From the human T2T-CHM13v2.0 reference genome, Homo sapiens: a stretch of DNA of 64,000 nt. The stretch is from the NCBI RefSeq assembly GCF_009914755.1, contig NC_060928.1; one strand, given 5' to 3'. A model generated the notes under the pieces. The model was not told where the DNA came from and searched no databases. It saw only the letters and a list, made by a program, of their open reading frames with translations. The position numbers and the translations under genes were made by a program. Positions 61,880-64,000 of this stretch are shown here, piece by piece (position 1 is the first letter of the stretch; each line of letters opens with the position of its first letter).

Positions 61880-62445
61880 ATAGGCACCATCACCTTTCAC
61901 AATTACTACAACAGTCTGCTAACCAGCTCCTGACTGACTTCTACGTGACCCCCTCCAATGGATTACCCCTGCCACAGCCAGAGTGATCTCTTTACAAAGC
62001 AATCAGATGATATCTCAGGCCCCTCAATCCCTTCTCCCTGCATGCCAGCTAAACTGGTCTTTTCATTTCCTAGAAGTCCAACTTCGTTTCTGCCTCAGGA
62101 TCCTTTTACACACTGTTTCCTATGTCTGGAAGCTGCCACACTGACTTTTTTCCACCAAGCTAATCCTAAACATCCTTCAAATCTTAGCTTAAGTGTCATT
62201 TTCTCAAAGAGGCAACTCACAACCTCTCCAATGTAATAATGTGTCCCCACTTTTACATTCTCTCTTAGAATTCTTAACCACATATTTAGACATAGTTTGT
62301 GTATTTGTGGAACACCTACTCCCCTCTTAGACCATTCCCTGAGAGCTAGGATTATACTATTTGCCACTAGTGCCTAGCCTGTACTTGAAACCCGATAGGT
62401 ACTCAACAAATACTTGTTGAATAAATAATGAATAAATAATAAATA
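61880..62445 (+). mobile_element. L2 3' region
   Basis: ccacagccagagtgatctcttt...cctcagga...ataggtactcaacaaatacttgttgaataaat. Confidence 0.75.
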
Positions 62446-62739
62446 AAGTCAAAAAGGTCACTTCAATTTCTCATCTGGGAAAATGGCAATACCATTACCT
62501 GATAAAGGGAACACAGGTTTGTGGATAAAGTCACATTCTATCTAAAGCATGTTGAACTTGAAAAAATAATGAAATAGGTCTGACGTGTACAAGTGGAGAC
62601 ACTAAATGTGGAACAATCACTTATCCAAAAGAATAAATGTAACATTAATGAAAAAGAATGAGGAAAAAATGAAGCCAGTTGAAAGCAGAACAGAGAATAC
62701 CTCTGTTTAACAGGAAAAAGAAAACAAAGACAAGAGATT

Positions 62740-64000
<1,261 letters not shown>

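Overview
AT-rich, repeat-dense primate (almost certainly human) intronic DNA. I read it as the 5' part of FRYL (furry-like), transcribed on the minus strand. The main evidence is a minus-strand exon at 12618-12690 encoding MLSLQDSVFFEISIKSLLKSWSSS, which closely matches my recollection of the N-terminus of the paralog FRY ([24 protein letters not shown]). The window holds three well-supported minus-strand exons: a 123-nt non-coding 5'UTR exon (43236-43358, three uATGs) and two ATG-bearing alternative 5' exons (39493-39688 and 12618-12690). Both ATG exons end in splice phase 1, so they could put different N-terminal extensions onto one downstream acceptor outside the window. The rest is about 30 Alus, L1 fragments (two L1PA 3' ends and several older L1M pieces), L2/MIR, MER DNA transposons, an LTR12C solo LTR nested inside an AluY, and several tandem repeats. 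The most unusual structure is a 137-bp templated copy of the L1/flank junction at 40751-40887 pasted into an Alu 4 kb away. Gene name, paralog sequence and repeat subfamily calls are from memory, not from searches. I see no evidence for a wholly new biological system, and most long ORFs in the track are repeat artefacts.
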